Positions 39,710-48,587 of a stretch of DNA of 64,000 nt are shown here, piece after piece. The stretch's first letter is position 1. The number at the start of each line of letters is the position of its first letter. The stretch is from Dehalococcoidia bacterium (GTDB lineage: Bacteria; Chloroflexota; Dehalococcoidia; Lucifugimonadales; Australimonadaceae): positions 14,020 through 78,019 of the forward strand of contig CAUZFB010000005.1 in NCBI GenBank assembly GCA_963579135.1, given 5' to 3'. A program made the translations under genes and the position numbers. The notes beneath the pieces were generated by a model. The model was not told where the DNA came from. It was given only the letters and a program-made list of their open reading frames with translations, and searched no databases.

Positions 39710-40453
39710 ATGACCACAACGTATACGCGCCACCTACCCATCGAGGGTACGCACAACTTCCGTGATTCGGGGGGCTACCCCACTCGTGACGGCAGTTCGG
39801 TTCGATGGCGAACCCTCTTTCGTAGCGATAGTCATCACGAGCTGACCGAGTCAGGCAAGCAGGCCATCTATGATCTCGGCATCCGAACGTCCATCGATCT
39901 GAGGGCCGAGCATGAAAGCCAGTCCTCGCCGAGCGTGTTCGCGTCGAGCGAGACCATCGCGTACCGGCAGCTGCCCCTCAAGGCCACCGGCTCCGATACG
40001 CGAGCGCCCCGCGCCAACGACTTGTCCGAGCTCAACCGCATGTTCCTAGACTCTGGCCATGACAGCTTCTCCACGATCCTCCACTCGATGGCCGAGGACC
40101 GAACGTTCCCCGTCGTTATCTCCTGCGCTGTCGGCAAGGACCGCACCGGCCTTATGGTGGCGCTCCTGCTGGAGTTGGCTGGAGTCCACCGCGACGATGT
40201 GATCGAGGACTACGCCCTGACCGCCAAGCACGCGGGCAAGCGCATCGAGCAGATCGCTGCAATGGCGCTCGCCGATGGTCGAGACCCTGCGCAGTTCGCC
40301 AGGCTCATGGAATGTCGACCCGAGACCATGGCACAATCACTGGCGTACCTTGATAACCAACACGGCGGCGCCGAACGGTACGTTAGCAAAATCGGGCTCA
40401 GCCACGCGACCATCGCCACGCTGCGTGAGGCGCTTGTGGGGCACTCGCCATGA
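39710..40453 (+). CDS. Tyrosine/dual-specificity phosphatase (PtpB/IphP-like)
   Basis: NFRD.GGY, LFRSD, IDLR, SCAVGKDRTG, DYALT. Confidence 0.87.
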   Translation: MTTTYTRHLPIEGTHNFRDSGGYPTRDGSSVRWRTLFRSDSHHELTESGKQAIYDLGIRTSIDLRAEHESQSSPSVFASSETIAYRQLPLKATGSDTRAPRANDLSELNRMFLDSGHDSFSTILHSMAEDRTFPVVISCAVGKDRTGLMVALLLELAGVHRDDVIEDYALTAKHAGKRIEQIAAMALADGRDPAQFARLMECRPETMAQSLAYLDNQHGGAERYVSKIGLSHATIATLREALVGHSP

Positions 40454-40611
40454 ACGCATTGCACGTCCTCGGAGCAGGCCACTCCTGGAGCAATGTGCCG
40501 ATGTTCGTCGTGCTAGGTCTGTTCCTAATCCCTTGCCGCAATAGCTCTACGCTCCAGATCGCAACCCAACGCCGACCCCAAGCCCAAGCCTAACCCCAAG
40601 CAGGAGCCGCA

Positions 40612-41400
40612 ATGAGCCTCGATCACGACCGTCTCCACCACTTCGCGCACTCCCTGATGGACGCAGGTCACGCCCTCGCCCCTATCCCACCGTTCACCGA
40701 CGAGGCACCCGACATCGAGGTGGCCGACGCCTATGAAATCGCGTCCGACATCATTGGCCACAAGATCAGCGACGGGCGCAAAGTCGCAGGCATGAAGGTA
40801 GGGGTGACCACGGCGGGCGCGATGAAGGCGTTTGGCATGGACGGGCCCGCATACGGCATCATCCTCGACAACATGACCGTGCGCGACGGCGGCCGCGTGA
40901 AGATGTCGACCCTGATACAACCAAAAATCGAGGCCGAGATCGCGTTTCGATTCAAGGCGGCTCTCCAAGGCCCGGGTGTGGACGCCGCGCAGGTCATAGC
41001 GGCAACTGATTACGTGTTCCCTGCCCTTGAAATCATCGACTCCCGCTTCGAGGGTTGGCGAGCCAAGGAACAGGACCTGATCGCCGACAACACAGCATCC
41101 GCGCTAGTAGTCCTGGGTAGCACTCACCTGTCACCGGCCAATCTCGACCTCGCAGCCGAGGAGGCTGTGATGGAGGTCGACGGCGTAGAGACCGGGCGCG
41201 GCACGGGCGCCGAGGTGCTCGGGAATCCCGCGAACGCCATCGCCTGGCTCGCGAACAAGCTGGGAGAACAGGGCCGAGGGATCGCCGCCGGGCAATTCGT
41301 CATCCCTGGATCGCTGGTCGCTCCTCCCCTCGTGAAAGCCGGAAACAGTGTCGCAGCTGCATACACTAACCTCGGGGTTGTCACCGTCAATTTCGTCTAG
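40612..41400 (+). CDS. 2-keto-4-pentenoate hydratase / 4-oxalocrotonate decarboxylase family (FAH superfamily)
   Basis: GMKVG.T, PKIEAEIAF, ALEIIDSR, IADN, VLGNP..A.AWLAN. Confidence 0.88.
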   Translation: MSLDHDRLHHFAHSLMDAGHALAPIPPFTDEAPDIEVADAYEIASDIIGHKISDGRKVAGMKVGVTTAGAMKAFGMDGPAYGIILDNMTVRDGGRVKMSTLIQPKIEAEIAFRFKAALQGPGVDAAQVIAATDYVFPALEIIDSRFEGWRAKEQDLIADNTASALVVLGSTHLSPANLDLAAEEAVMEVDGVETGRGTGAEVLGNPANAIAWLANKLGEQGRGIAAGQFVIPGSLVAPPLVKAGNSVAAAYTNLGVVTVNFV

Positions 41401-41442
41401 CCACTGGGCAACCAAAATACCCCTGATACCATAGAACGCCGT

Positions 41443-42150
41443 ATGCACGACGAAATTGACCCCCAGCTGGCAGAAGCCATCGAGAAGACCTCGGTGGTTC
41501 GCTCCCCTCGACAAACCCTCGCGACGTTTGGCACTACTTCAGTGCGCTACTACCTCGTGACCGAACCCGCGTTCCGCGACTTTCCTGGCGCAGGCGTTGA
41601 CCCGGAATCCGTCGTCCGCGAAGGCGTCGTACGGGCCGAGCGACCCCAGGTTGTTACTCCCTACTTCCTCTCCCGGCACGAAGGTTTCGGCGACCACACG
41701 CAGGAGTACCTCGACTACCTGATGGAGACCTACGGCCGTGACTCTCCTGGCCTCCTGTACACCTACAAGAACGAAGCGATGGAGACCAGCATCGTCACGG
41801 GCACGCCCGACGAGGTCTCAACCCGCATCGGTGAACGACTCGACCGCGAGGAACGGGCGCTGGAGGCCGTGGTTCGCGGCGTCGACGAAATGTGGGACGT
41901 CTCACTCATGAAGTTCATCTACGAGCTCACCCACCGGTCGGCGCGCTCGAACTTCGACGACCTTCGCGGCAATGGTCTACTGGGCGTCGAGAACGGCGTA
42001 CCCCGCGAAGCGCGCCACCGCATCGAGCGCCTCATGGACATGGCGCGCTCGGGTCAGGCCGAGCCTGCAGATGTGCACCGTGAGCTCGAGCGTTGGGGAC
42101 TTTTCGACGAGTACCAAGACCGCTTCCTCAGCTTGTTCCGAGGGCGATGA
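41443..42150 (+). CDS. Hypothetical soluble protein
   Basis: 235-aa ORF with host-like codon usage, coupled (ATGA) to the HPP gene; no function recognised. Confidence 0.75.
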   Translation: MHDEIDPQLAEAIEKTSVVRSPRQTLATFGTTSVRYYLVTEPAFRDFPGAGVDPESVVREGVVRAERPQVVTPYFLSRHEGFGDHTQEYLDYLMETYGRDSPGLLYTYKNEAMETSIVTGTPDEVSTRIGERLDREERALEAVVRGVDEMWDVSLMKFIYELTHRSARSNFDDLRGNGLLGVENGVPREARHRIERLMDMARSGQAEPADVHRELERWGLFDEYQDRFLSLFRGR

Positions 42151-42677
42151 GTACGCGCCAACCGCTCTTCGACGCCAAGATCCACCGCAACCTCAAGCGC
42201 TACCTACTGCAAGTGTCCATCGCGACGCTCGCTTTGTTCGCGGCGCTGTTGGCTGAGGAGATCATGGCTGGCGGAGCGGCAGCTCGTGCGGTGGTCGTTG
42301 CGGCCATCGCATCGACCGCATTCGTCCTGTTCATTTCGCCCTTCAGCGACTCCGCTGACCCACGACACGCCATCGGCGGACATCTCATCGCCGTTTTGGT
42401 GACGGGCCCGCTAGCCGTCATGGCTGAAACTAGCGTCGGTGTTAATTGGATCGCTGGTATACCCGCAATCTTCGCGCTCTACGCAGCGTTGGGCGTGGGA
42501 GTCACGATGTTTCTGATGGCGGCCACCAATACCGAGCATCCACCTGCAGCGGGTACTGCCCTGGCTATCGTTGCCCACGGATTCAGTTGGGATCTGGTCC
42601 TGTTTATCGGGACGGCCGTCCTCATTCTCGTCGCGATCCAGCGGGCCTCCCGATCCAGACTGATCGACCTCTACTGA
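42147..42677 (+). CDS. HPP family membrane protein
   Basis: ASTAF, GGH, TNTEHPPAAGTAL. Confidence 0.85.
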   Translation: MSTRQPLFDAKIHRNLKRYLLQVSIATLALFAALLAEEIMAGGAAARAVVVAAIASTAFVLFISPFSDSADPRHAIGGHLIAVLVTGPLAVMAETSVGVNWIAGIPAIFALYAALGVGVTMFLMAATNTEHPPAAGTALAIVAHGFSWDLVLFIGTAVLILVAIQRASRSRLIDLY

Positions 42678-42683
42678 GGCTCG

Positions 42684-43211
42684 CTACTCGAAAAATGGGT
42701 CTACGAAATAACGCGTGGGGTGCTCCAACCGGCTTATCGCTCCGGACCAATCGGGCTCTCCACCAGCCTCCCACTCGACGTAACACGAGCCTGGCGCGGC
42801 GAATTCGCGCACCCGATTCACCGCCTGCGCGTGCTCCCCACTCTTGGTGAATCGCTCCATGTCCTCCCGGGATTCCCAGATGGTGTAGGTCCAGAAACGC
42901 TTTTTCCACCACTGCCCACGGATCCCACCACCCACGAATCCAGGACGCGACCTCGCGTCCTGGTAGATTCGCATGTGCAAGCCCATGAACCGGAACATCT
43001 GCTTGTACGACTTGACCTTCAGGTACTCCGCCACATGGATGTAGACCCGGTTCCCCTCGTCCGCAAGCATCCGGTCGTACTCCTCCCGGTACAGCTGACG
43101 CAACTCTTCCGGCGGCACAACCAGTGGCTCCGGCGGGTCTGTCGGCCGCAGCCCCTCGCCCTCTTCAGGCGGCGTGCCGACACTACGTAGGTCTTCCTGA
43201 GACTCTTCCAC
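42684..43211 (-). CDS. DUF3291/ABM-like ferredoxin-fold protein
   Basis: PGFVGG, FWTYTIWES.EDM.RF...GEHAQA; GGAGG RBS. Confidence 0.6.
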   Translation of the reverse strand: MEESQEDLRSVGTPPEEGEGLRPTDPPEPLVVPPEELRQLYREEYDRMLADEGNRVYIHVAEYLKVKSYKQMFRFMGLHMRIYQDARSRPGFVGGGIRGQWWKKRFWTYTIWESREDMERFTKSGEHAQAVNRVREFAAPGSCYVEWEAGGEPDWSGAISRLEHPTRYFVDPFFE

Positions 43212-43227
43212 TCGTAAAATCCTCCGC

Positions 43228-44046
43228 CTAAGAGATGTGGGACGCGCCGTTGATCTCCAGCAAAGCGCCCGAAACGTAGTTGGATTGGTCAGAGCATAGG
43301 AAGATGACAGGTCCAGCGGCCTCCTCGACCGTCCCCACTCGCTTCATCGGCAGATCCCCGACCATCTCATCCCGGCGAATCTTCGGGATGCCCAGCACTG
43401 CTTGACCCAGTCGCTCTTCCTGCGACTCGCGAGCGCGCGTCAGCCGAGTGTCAATCGCCCCGTATGCCACCGAGTTGGCGACGATGTTAAACATCGCGCC
43501 TTCCAACGCAATCGTCCGCGTCAGCCCCACGATACCCGCCTTGGCCGCAGCGTAGTTCGCCTGTCCAAGGTTCCCGAACCCCGACTGCGACGATACCGTG
43601 ACGATGTGGCGTGCAACAGGCGTCTCATTGCGGTCCATAGCCGCCTTCGCATTTTCGCGCATCACGTTGAACGCGTCGCGAACGACCCGGAAAGTTCCAG
43701 TAAGATGGATATCGATAATCGCCTGCCACTGATCATCGGTCATGCGATGAACCATGCCGTCCCAGGTGAAACCCGCAGCTGTGAACACGAGATGGACGTC
43801 ACCGAAATTTTCAACCGCAAGATCGGCCAAGTGTTTGCCAATATCCGCATCGCCCACCGACGCCGCCAGGCCAATGCCCTTGCCACCCATCGCCTTAATC
43901 TGGCCCAGCGTATCGTCCAAGGGCTCCTGATCGAGGTCATTCGCTACGATCAGCGCTCCTTCTTCTGCGAGACCAAGCGCCACTGCCTGCCCGATGCCCC
44001 TTCCGGCGCCGGTGACAATTGCGACCTTACCTTCAATGCCGTTCAC
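43228..44046 (-). CDS. Short-chain dehydrogenase/reductase (FabG-like)
   Basis: TGAGRGIG, GNLGQANYAAAKAG; GTG start after AAGGAG. Confidence 0.9.
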   Translation of the reverse strand: MNGIEGKVAIVTGAGRGIGQAVALGLAEEGALIVANDLDQEPLDDTLGQIKAMGGKGIGLAASVGDADIGKHLADLAVENFGDVHLVFTAAGFTWDGMVHRMTDDQWQAIIDIHLTGTFRVVRDAFNVMRENAKAAMDRNETPVARHIVTVSSQSGFGNLGQANYAAAKAGIVGLTRTIALEGAMFNIVANSVAYGAIDTRLTRARESQEERLGQAVLGIPKIRRDEMVGDLPMKRVGTVEEAAGPVIFLCSDQSNYVSGALLEINGASHIS

Positions 44047-44419
44047 TATTGCTCCTTGGGTAACCCCAACGGGACCTGAGAATCTGTGATGGAACCGGGA
44101 CATTCTACGTAGTTTCTGTGGCGAGGGGGGGGGGGCGGCTCCATACGCTGTCCCACCCACAGCCCTCACGCAGACCCACCGTCTTGCTCAACGGCCGCTC
44201 GTCTGCGGTATGCCTGAACTAAAGGCGCGGCCTTATAGCAGGCGGTGAGTCATAGAATATTTCTATGTTTGTATTTCGGTCCGCGTCTGATCAAGCAGCA
44301 GCCAAAACCCGTTTGCCGGGGTACATCGCATCCTCTATACTCGCGAGCCAGCCGTGAATCCGCATGGCGTAGTGGGGCAGCAGTCGCTGGCGCGGCGTGG
44401 GCTACCAAAGGTTTCGTCT

Positions 44420-45799
44420 ATGGCAAATTACGACCTAGCCATCATCGGTGGTGGCCCTGGCGGCTATGTAGCCGGGATCAGGGCCGCGCAATTGGGCATG
44501 AAAACTGTCTGCATTGAACGCGAGGCGCTCGGAGGCGTGTGCCTCAACTGGGGTTGTATCCCCAGCAAGTCGCTAATCCACAACGCCGACGTCCTCAACA
44601 CCGTTAACGGCGCGGCGGATTACGGAATTGTCACCGGCCGCGTGACGGCAGACTACGCGGTTGCTCTCCAGCGGAGCCGCAAGATCGTCGAACGCCTCAC
44701 CAAAGGGGTCGCGTCCTTGTTCAAGAAGTACGGAGTCGAGCACGTGGAAGGACAGGCGAAACTGGTAGGGCCGCGCACCATCGCCGTAGGCGATGAACGC
44801 ATCGAGGCCACGAACATCATCGTTGCCACCGGCGCGAGGCCCCGCCCGGTCCCTGGAATCGAGATTGATGGCGAAACCGTGGTGACTTACCGCGAGGCCA
44901 TCCTGCAGGACACCGCCCCAACCAATGCGGTCATCATCGGCGGTGGTGCCATCGGCGTAGAGTTCGGATTCGTCTACAACGCGTACGGGGCCAACGTCAC
45001 CATCGTGGAAGCCCTCCCCCGCATCGTTCCCAAGGAAGATGACGAGGTATCCAGCGTCCTCGAACGCTCCCTCCGCAAGCGCGGGATCAACATACTCACG
45101 GCGTCTAAGGTCAAGCAGGTCGAGAAAACGGACAGCGGCGTCGTCGTGCACGTCAAAACCCCGGACGATGACGACGTCCGCATACCGGCGGACCGAGTGC
45201 TCGTCAGCATCGGAATCATGGCAAACACGGAAGAGCTCGGGCTTGAGGCCGCGGGTGTGGAACTCGAAAACGGGTTCATCAAAGTTGACGACCAACTCAA
45301 GGCAAACGGCGATGGCATATACGCAATCGGCGACGTAACAGGTAAGATGCCTCTGGCGCACGTCGCACAGGCCCAGGGTGTATTCGTTGTAGAGACGCTC
45401 GCGGGTGAAGAAACTTACCCCATCGACTACATGGCGGTACCCCGAGCAACCTACTCGAGTCCCCAGGTCGCAAGCATGGGCCTGTCCGAACGGGAAGCAG
45501 CGGAGCAAGGCCGTAATGTGAAGGTGGGCAAGTTCTCATTCCTCGCCAACGGCAAGGCCCTCACGCAGGACGCCTATGAAGGGTTCGCGAAAGTCATTGT
45601 AGATGAGAGCACCGGCGAGTTGCTTGGTGCTCATCTTGTAGGACATGAAGTGACAGAATTGCTGGGTGAACTAAGTCTCACTCGGTTGATGGAAGGAACA
45701 AGCGCGGAGGTGGGGGCGGTGATAAACGCTCACCCCACGCTATCGGAAGCAGTCAAGGAAGCTGCGCTCGCGGCTCATGGAAAAGCGATCCACGGATAG
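44420..45799 (+). CDS. lpdA: Dihydrolipoyl dehydrogenase (E3)
   Basis: GGGPGGY, GGVCLNWGCIPSK, GGGAIGVE, AIGDV, LAHVA, HPTLSE. Confidence 0.96.
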   Translation: MANYDLAIIGGGPGGYVAGIRAAQLGMKTVCIEREALGGVCLNWGCIPSKSLIHNADVLNTVNGAADYGIVTGRVTADYAVALQRSRKIVERLTKGVASLFKKYGVEHVEGQAKLVGPRTIAVGDERIEATNIIVATGARPRPVPGIEIDGETVVTYREAILQDTAPTNAVIIGGGAIGVEFGFVYNAYGANVTIVEALPRIVPKEDDEVSSVLERSLRKRGINILTASKVKQVEKTDSGVVVHVKTPDDDDVRIPADRVLVSIGIMANTEELGLEAAGVELENGFIKVDDQLKANGDGIYAIGDVTGKMPLAHVAQAQGVFVVETLAGEETYPIDYMAVPRATYSSPQVASMGLSEREAAEQGRNVKVGKFSFLANGKALTQDAYEGFAKVIVDESTGELLGAHLVGHEVTELLGELSLTRLMEGTSAEVGAVINAHPTLSEAVKEAALAAHGKAIHG

Positions 45800-45836
45800 A
45801 CCGCTGTAAGCCGAGCGGTAGCTCAAGGAGGAATGA

Positions 45837-47615
45837 ATGAGTGGCTACGACATAGCCATCGCTATCGGCGGTGAAGCTGGGCAAGGAATCGCCACACCTG
45901 GCGACATCCTTTCACGACTATTTGTACGGAGAGGTCTGTACTTCAATTCATACAATGCGTTTCAGTCAATCGTTCGAGGAGGTCACATCTTCCTTACGAT
46001 GCGTGCAACAGAGGAGGTGAAGTACTCTCACGGAGACAAGATTGACCTTCTGCTGTGCCTTAACCAAGACACTATGGACAAGCACTTGCACTTCATGAAG
46101 GCTGGGAGCAAAGTTCTATACAACAGTGACAACATCACCCCAGGCACAGCAGCTGATGGTGTCCAGTTGTGTGGGCTTCCCATCGGTGAACTGACAGGCA
46201 ACCCTCGTGCCGGACTGAACCAGAACACAGTCGCGGTGGGCGCAATTCTCTTCATTCTCGGCTTGGAATTTCAGGTTCTCAAAGACAGCCTCACTCAACA
46301 ATTCCAACGTAAAGGCGAGGCTGTCGTCGTTGAAAACGTAAAGGTCGCACAAGCCGGTTACGACCACGCAATTCAATACTTCGAACAGTTACCTGATGAG
46401 ATTCCCATGCTTAACACACCACGTGGTGTGTGGTCCGGCAACGAAGCACTTGCGATGGGTGGCGCAGCCGCTGGCGTGAAGTTCTATGCTGCCTACCCCA
46501 TGAGCCCCTCTACCGGCGTTTTGCACTGGTTCGCTGCCAACGGACGTAACATCGGTGCGATGGTTCGCCAGATTGAAGATGAAATCGGCGTCTCAAACAT
46601 CGTCATTGGCGCCGCCCACACCGGGGCACGCACCATGAGTGCAACTTCCGGTGGCGGTTTCGCTCTCATGAGCGAAGCTGTCGGTGCGTCTGCGATGATG
46701 GAAATTCCCACCGTCTACATTAACGTGATGCGCGCGGGGCCCTCGACCGGAGTACCGACCAAGACGGAACAGGGCGACCTCTGGCAGGCTCTTGGCGCAA
46801 GCCAAGGGGACTTCCAGCGCTTCATAGCCGCTCCGCTCCACGCTCAAGATGCTTTCGATCTAATACCGGAAATATTCAACCTTACCGATAGGTTCCAGGT
46901 TCCAGGCATTGTCTTGTCAGATTTGTTGATTTCAGAAGGTCGCTACTCGGTCGACCCCGAAGAACTCGATTTTTTCCCTGTCATTGAACGAGGTGAAACC
47001 ATCACCGAACCGTCAATCGGAGGTTCGGGGTACCACCGGTACAAATTCACCGAAAGCGGAGTGTCACCTCGCGCAGTCGCCGGTCTGGAAGGCTACATAC
47101 ACGTGGTCGCGACCGACGAGCATGAAGAAAATTCCGGGCTCATCTCGGACGAGTTCACCAACCCGCACAAACGTCGGGCTATGGTGGAAAAACGGTCGCG
47201 CAAATTCGAGAATGTTGTAGCTCAGATCGCACCGCCCGAATTGATCGGCGATCCAGATGCAGACATAACATTGGTAGGCTGGGGCTCAACCTTCGCCGCG
47301 ATGCACGATGCTGTACCGTTGCTCGCCGAGCAAGGCATCAGGGCCAATTACCTACCGATCAAATGGATTGTGCCCTTACACACCGACAAGATTGCTGAAG
47401 TTTTTGCCAATGCCAAACGCACGATTATTGTCGAGAACAACCAATCAGGCCAGTTTGCTCGCTACCTACGAAGCGAAACCAGCCTGACCCCCGACGGGCA
47501 CATCCGCAAGTACGACGGCGAACCCTTCATGCCCCATCACATCGCCGACGGCGTGATGGACCACATAAAGAACGCCAACGAGCAATACATCCCTTACCAG
47601 GAAATCGTGGTCTAA
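45837..47615 (+). CDS. 2-oxoacid:ferredoxin oxidoreductase alpha subunit (gamma-alpha fused, KorA-like)
   Basis: GGEAGQGI, RGGH, GNEA, YPMSP, EDEI, TSGGGF.LM.E, R.GPSTG.PT..EQ.D, GWGST. Confidence 0.92.
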   Translation: MSGYDIAIAIGGEAGQGIATPGDILSRLFVRRGLYFNSYNAFQSIVRGGHIFLTMRATEEVKYSHGDKIDLLLCLNQDTMDKHLHFMKAGSKVLYNSDNITPGTAADGVQLCGLPIGELTGNPRAGLNQNTVAVGAILFILGLEFQVLKDSLTQQFQRKGEAVVVENVKVAQAGYDHAIQYFEQLPDEIPMLNTPRGVWSGNEALAMGGAAAGVKFYAAYPMSPSTGVLHWFAANGRNIGAMVRQIEDEIGVSNIVIGAAHTGARTMSATSGGGFALMSEAVGASAMMEIPTVYINVMRAGPSTGVPTKTEQGDLWQALGASQGDFQRFIAAPLHAQDAFDLIPEIFNLTDRFQVPGIVLSDLLISEGRYSVDPEELDFFPVIERGETITEPSIGGSGYHRYKFTESGVSPRAVAGLEGYIHVVATDEHEENSGLISDEFTNPHKRRAMVEKRSRKFENVVAQIAPPELIGDPDADITLVGWGSTFAAMHDAVPLLAEQGIRANYLPIKWIVPLHTDKIAEVFANAKRTIIVENNQSGQFARYLRSETSLTPDGHIRKYDGEPFMPHHIADGVMDHIKNANEQYIPYQEIVV

Positions 47616-47626
47616 GGAGTAACGAA

Positions 47627-48505
47627 ATGACGACGACCATTGAACTAACAGCAAAAGATTTCAAGGCTATAGACCCCGACTGGTGCCCTGGCTGTGGCCA
47701 CTTCGGTGTTCTCAATTCCATCCAACGAGCCTATGCAGACGTCGGTCTCCAGCCTCACGAAGTGGTCACAGTGAGTGGCATTGGCTGCTCTTCAAACGCC
47801 CCCGGCTACATCAACACCTATGGTATGCACACCCTCCATGGTCGCGCATTGCCCTTTGCCACGGGTGTAAAAATGGCGAATCACGAGCTTACCGTCATCG
47901 CCACCGGCGGCGATGGTGACGGCTACGGCATCGGACAGGGCCATCTCGTTCACGCTGCCCGGCGTAACGTCGACCTTACTTATGTGGTTATGAACAATCA
48001 GATCTACGGCCTGACCACCGGTCAAATGTCACCAACTAGCCGTCCCGGCCTTACCACAAAAAGTACTCCATACGGCAACATTGAATATCCTTATAACCCA
48101 ATCACATCAGCCATCATGAATGGTGCAACCTATGTTGCGCGGGGTTACAGTGGGGACATTCGTGGAACCACCAAGCTCATCGCTGACGGTATCCGCCACA
48201 AGGGGTTCTCTCTGATTGACATCAATAGCCCCTGCGTCACTTTCAATCTGGAAAACACGCACGATTTCTTCAAAGCGAGAAACAAGAAGCTCGAAGATGT
48301 TGACCATGATCCATCCAACTGGAAAACTGCTTGCGAGTATGCGATGGAATGGGGCGACATGATTTACACAGGCCTTTTCTTTGAGGCCCAGTCAGAATCC
48401 CTTTCCCAACTAGATCCTATCTTGAAAGAAGGGGGACCCATCGCGAAGCGACCCCTGCAGCTCACCCGTGAACAAGCGGACCGTATCAAGAGCAGATTAA
48501 TGTGA
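47627..48505 (+). CDS. 2-oxoacid:ferredoxin oxidoreductase beta subunit
   Basis: WCPGCG, SGIGCS, HGR, GGDGD, NNQIYGLT.GQ.SPT, PCVTFN. Confidence 0.93.
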   Translation: MTTTIELTAKDFKAIDPDWCPGCGHFGVLNSIQRAYADVGLQPHEVVTVSGIGCSSNAPGYINTYGMHTLHGRALPFATGVKMANHELTVIATGGDGDGYGIGQGHLVHAARRNVDLTYVVMNNQIYGLTTGQMSPTSRPGLTTKSTPYGNIEYPYNPITSAIMNGATYVARGYSGDIRGTTKLIADGIRHKGFSLIDINSPCVTFNLENTHDFFKARNKKLEDVDHDPSNWKTACEYAMEWGDMIYTGLFFEAQSESLSQLDPILKEGGPIAKRPLQLTREQADRIKSRLM

Positions 48506-48524
48506 CCGGTGTCGCCACTAAACC

Positions 48525-48558
48525 GAGACGGGCGCTCATAGAGCGCCCGTCTCTTTTT
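48525..48558 (+). terminator. Intrinsic terminator after OFOR beta
   Basis: 13-bp perfect stem gagacgggcgctc / gagcgcccgtctc followed by ttttt. Confidence 0.85.
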
Positions 48559-48587
48559 CAGCAGGATTCTAACCTGTGGAGCGTTCC

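Noticed and set aside
40561-40601. CCCAAG-like hexamer run as a repeat array or CRISPR
   Set aside because: Short degenerate microsatellite without spacers and with no cas genes.
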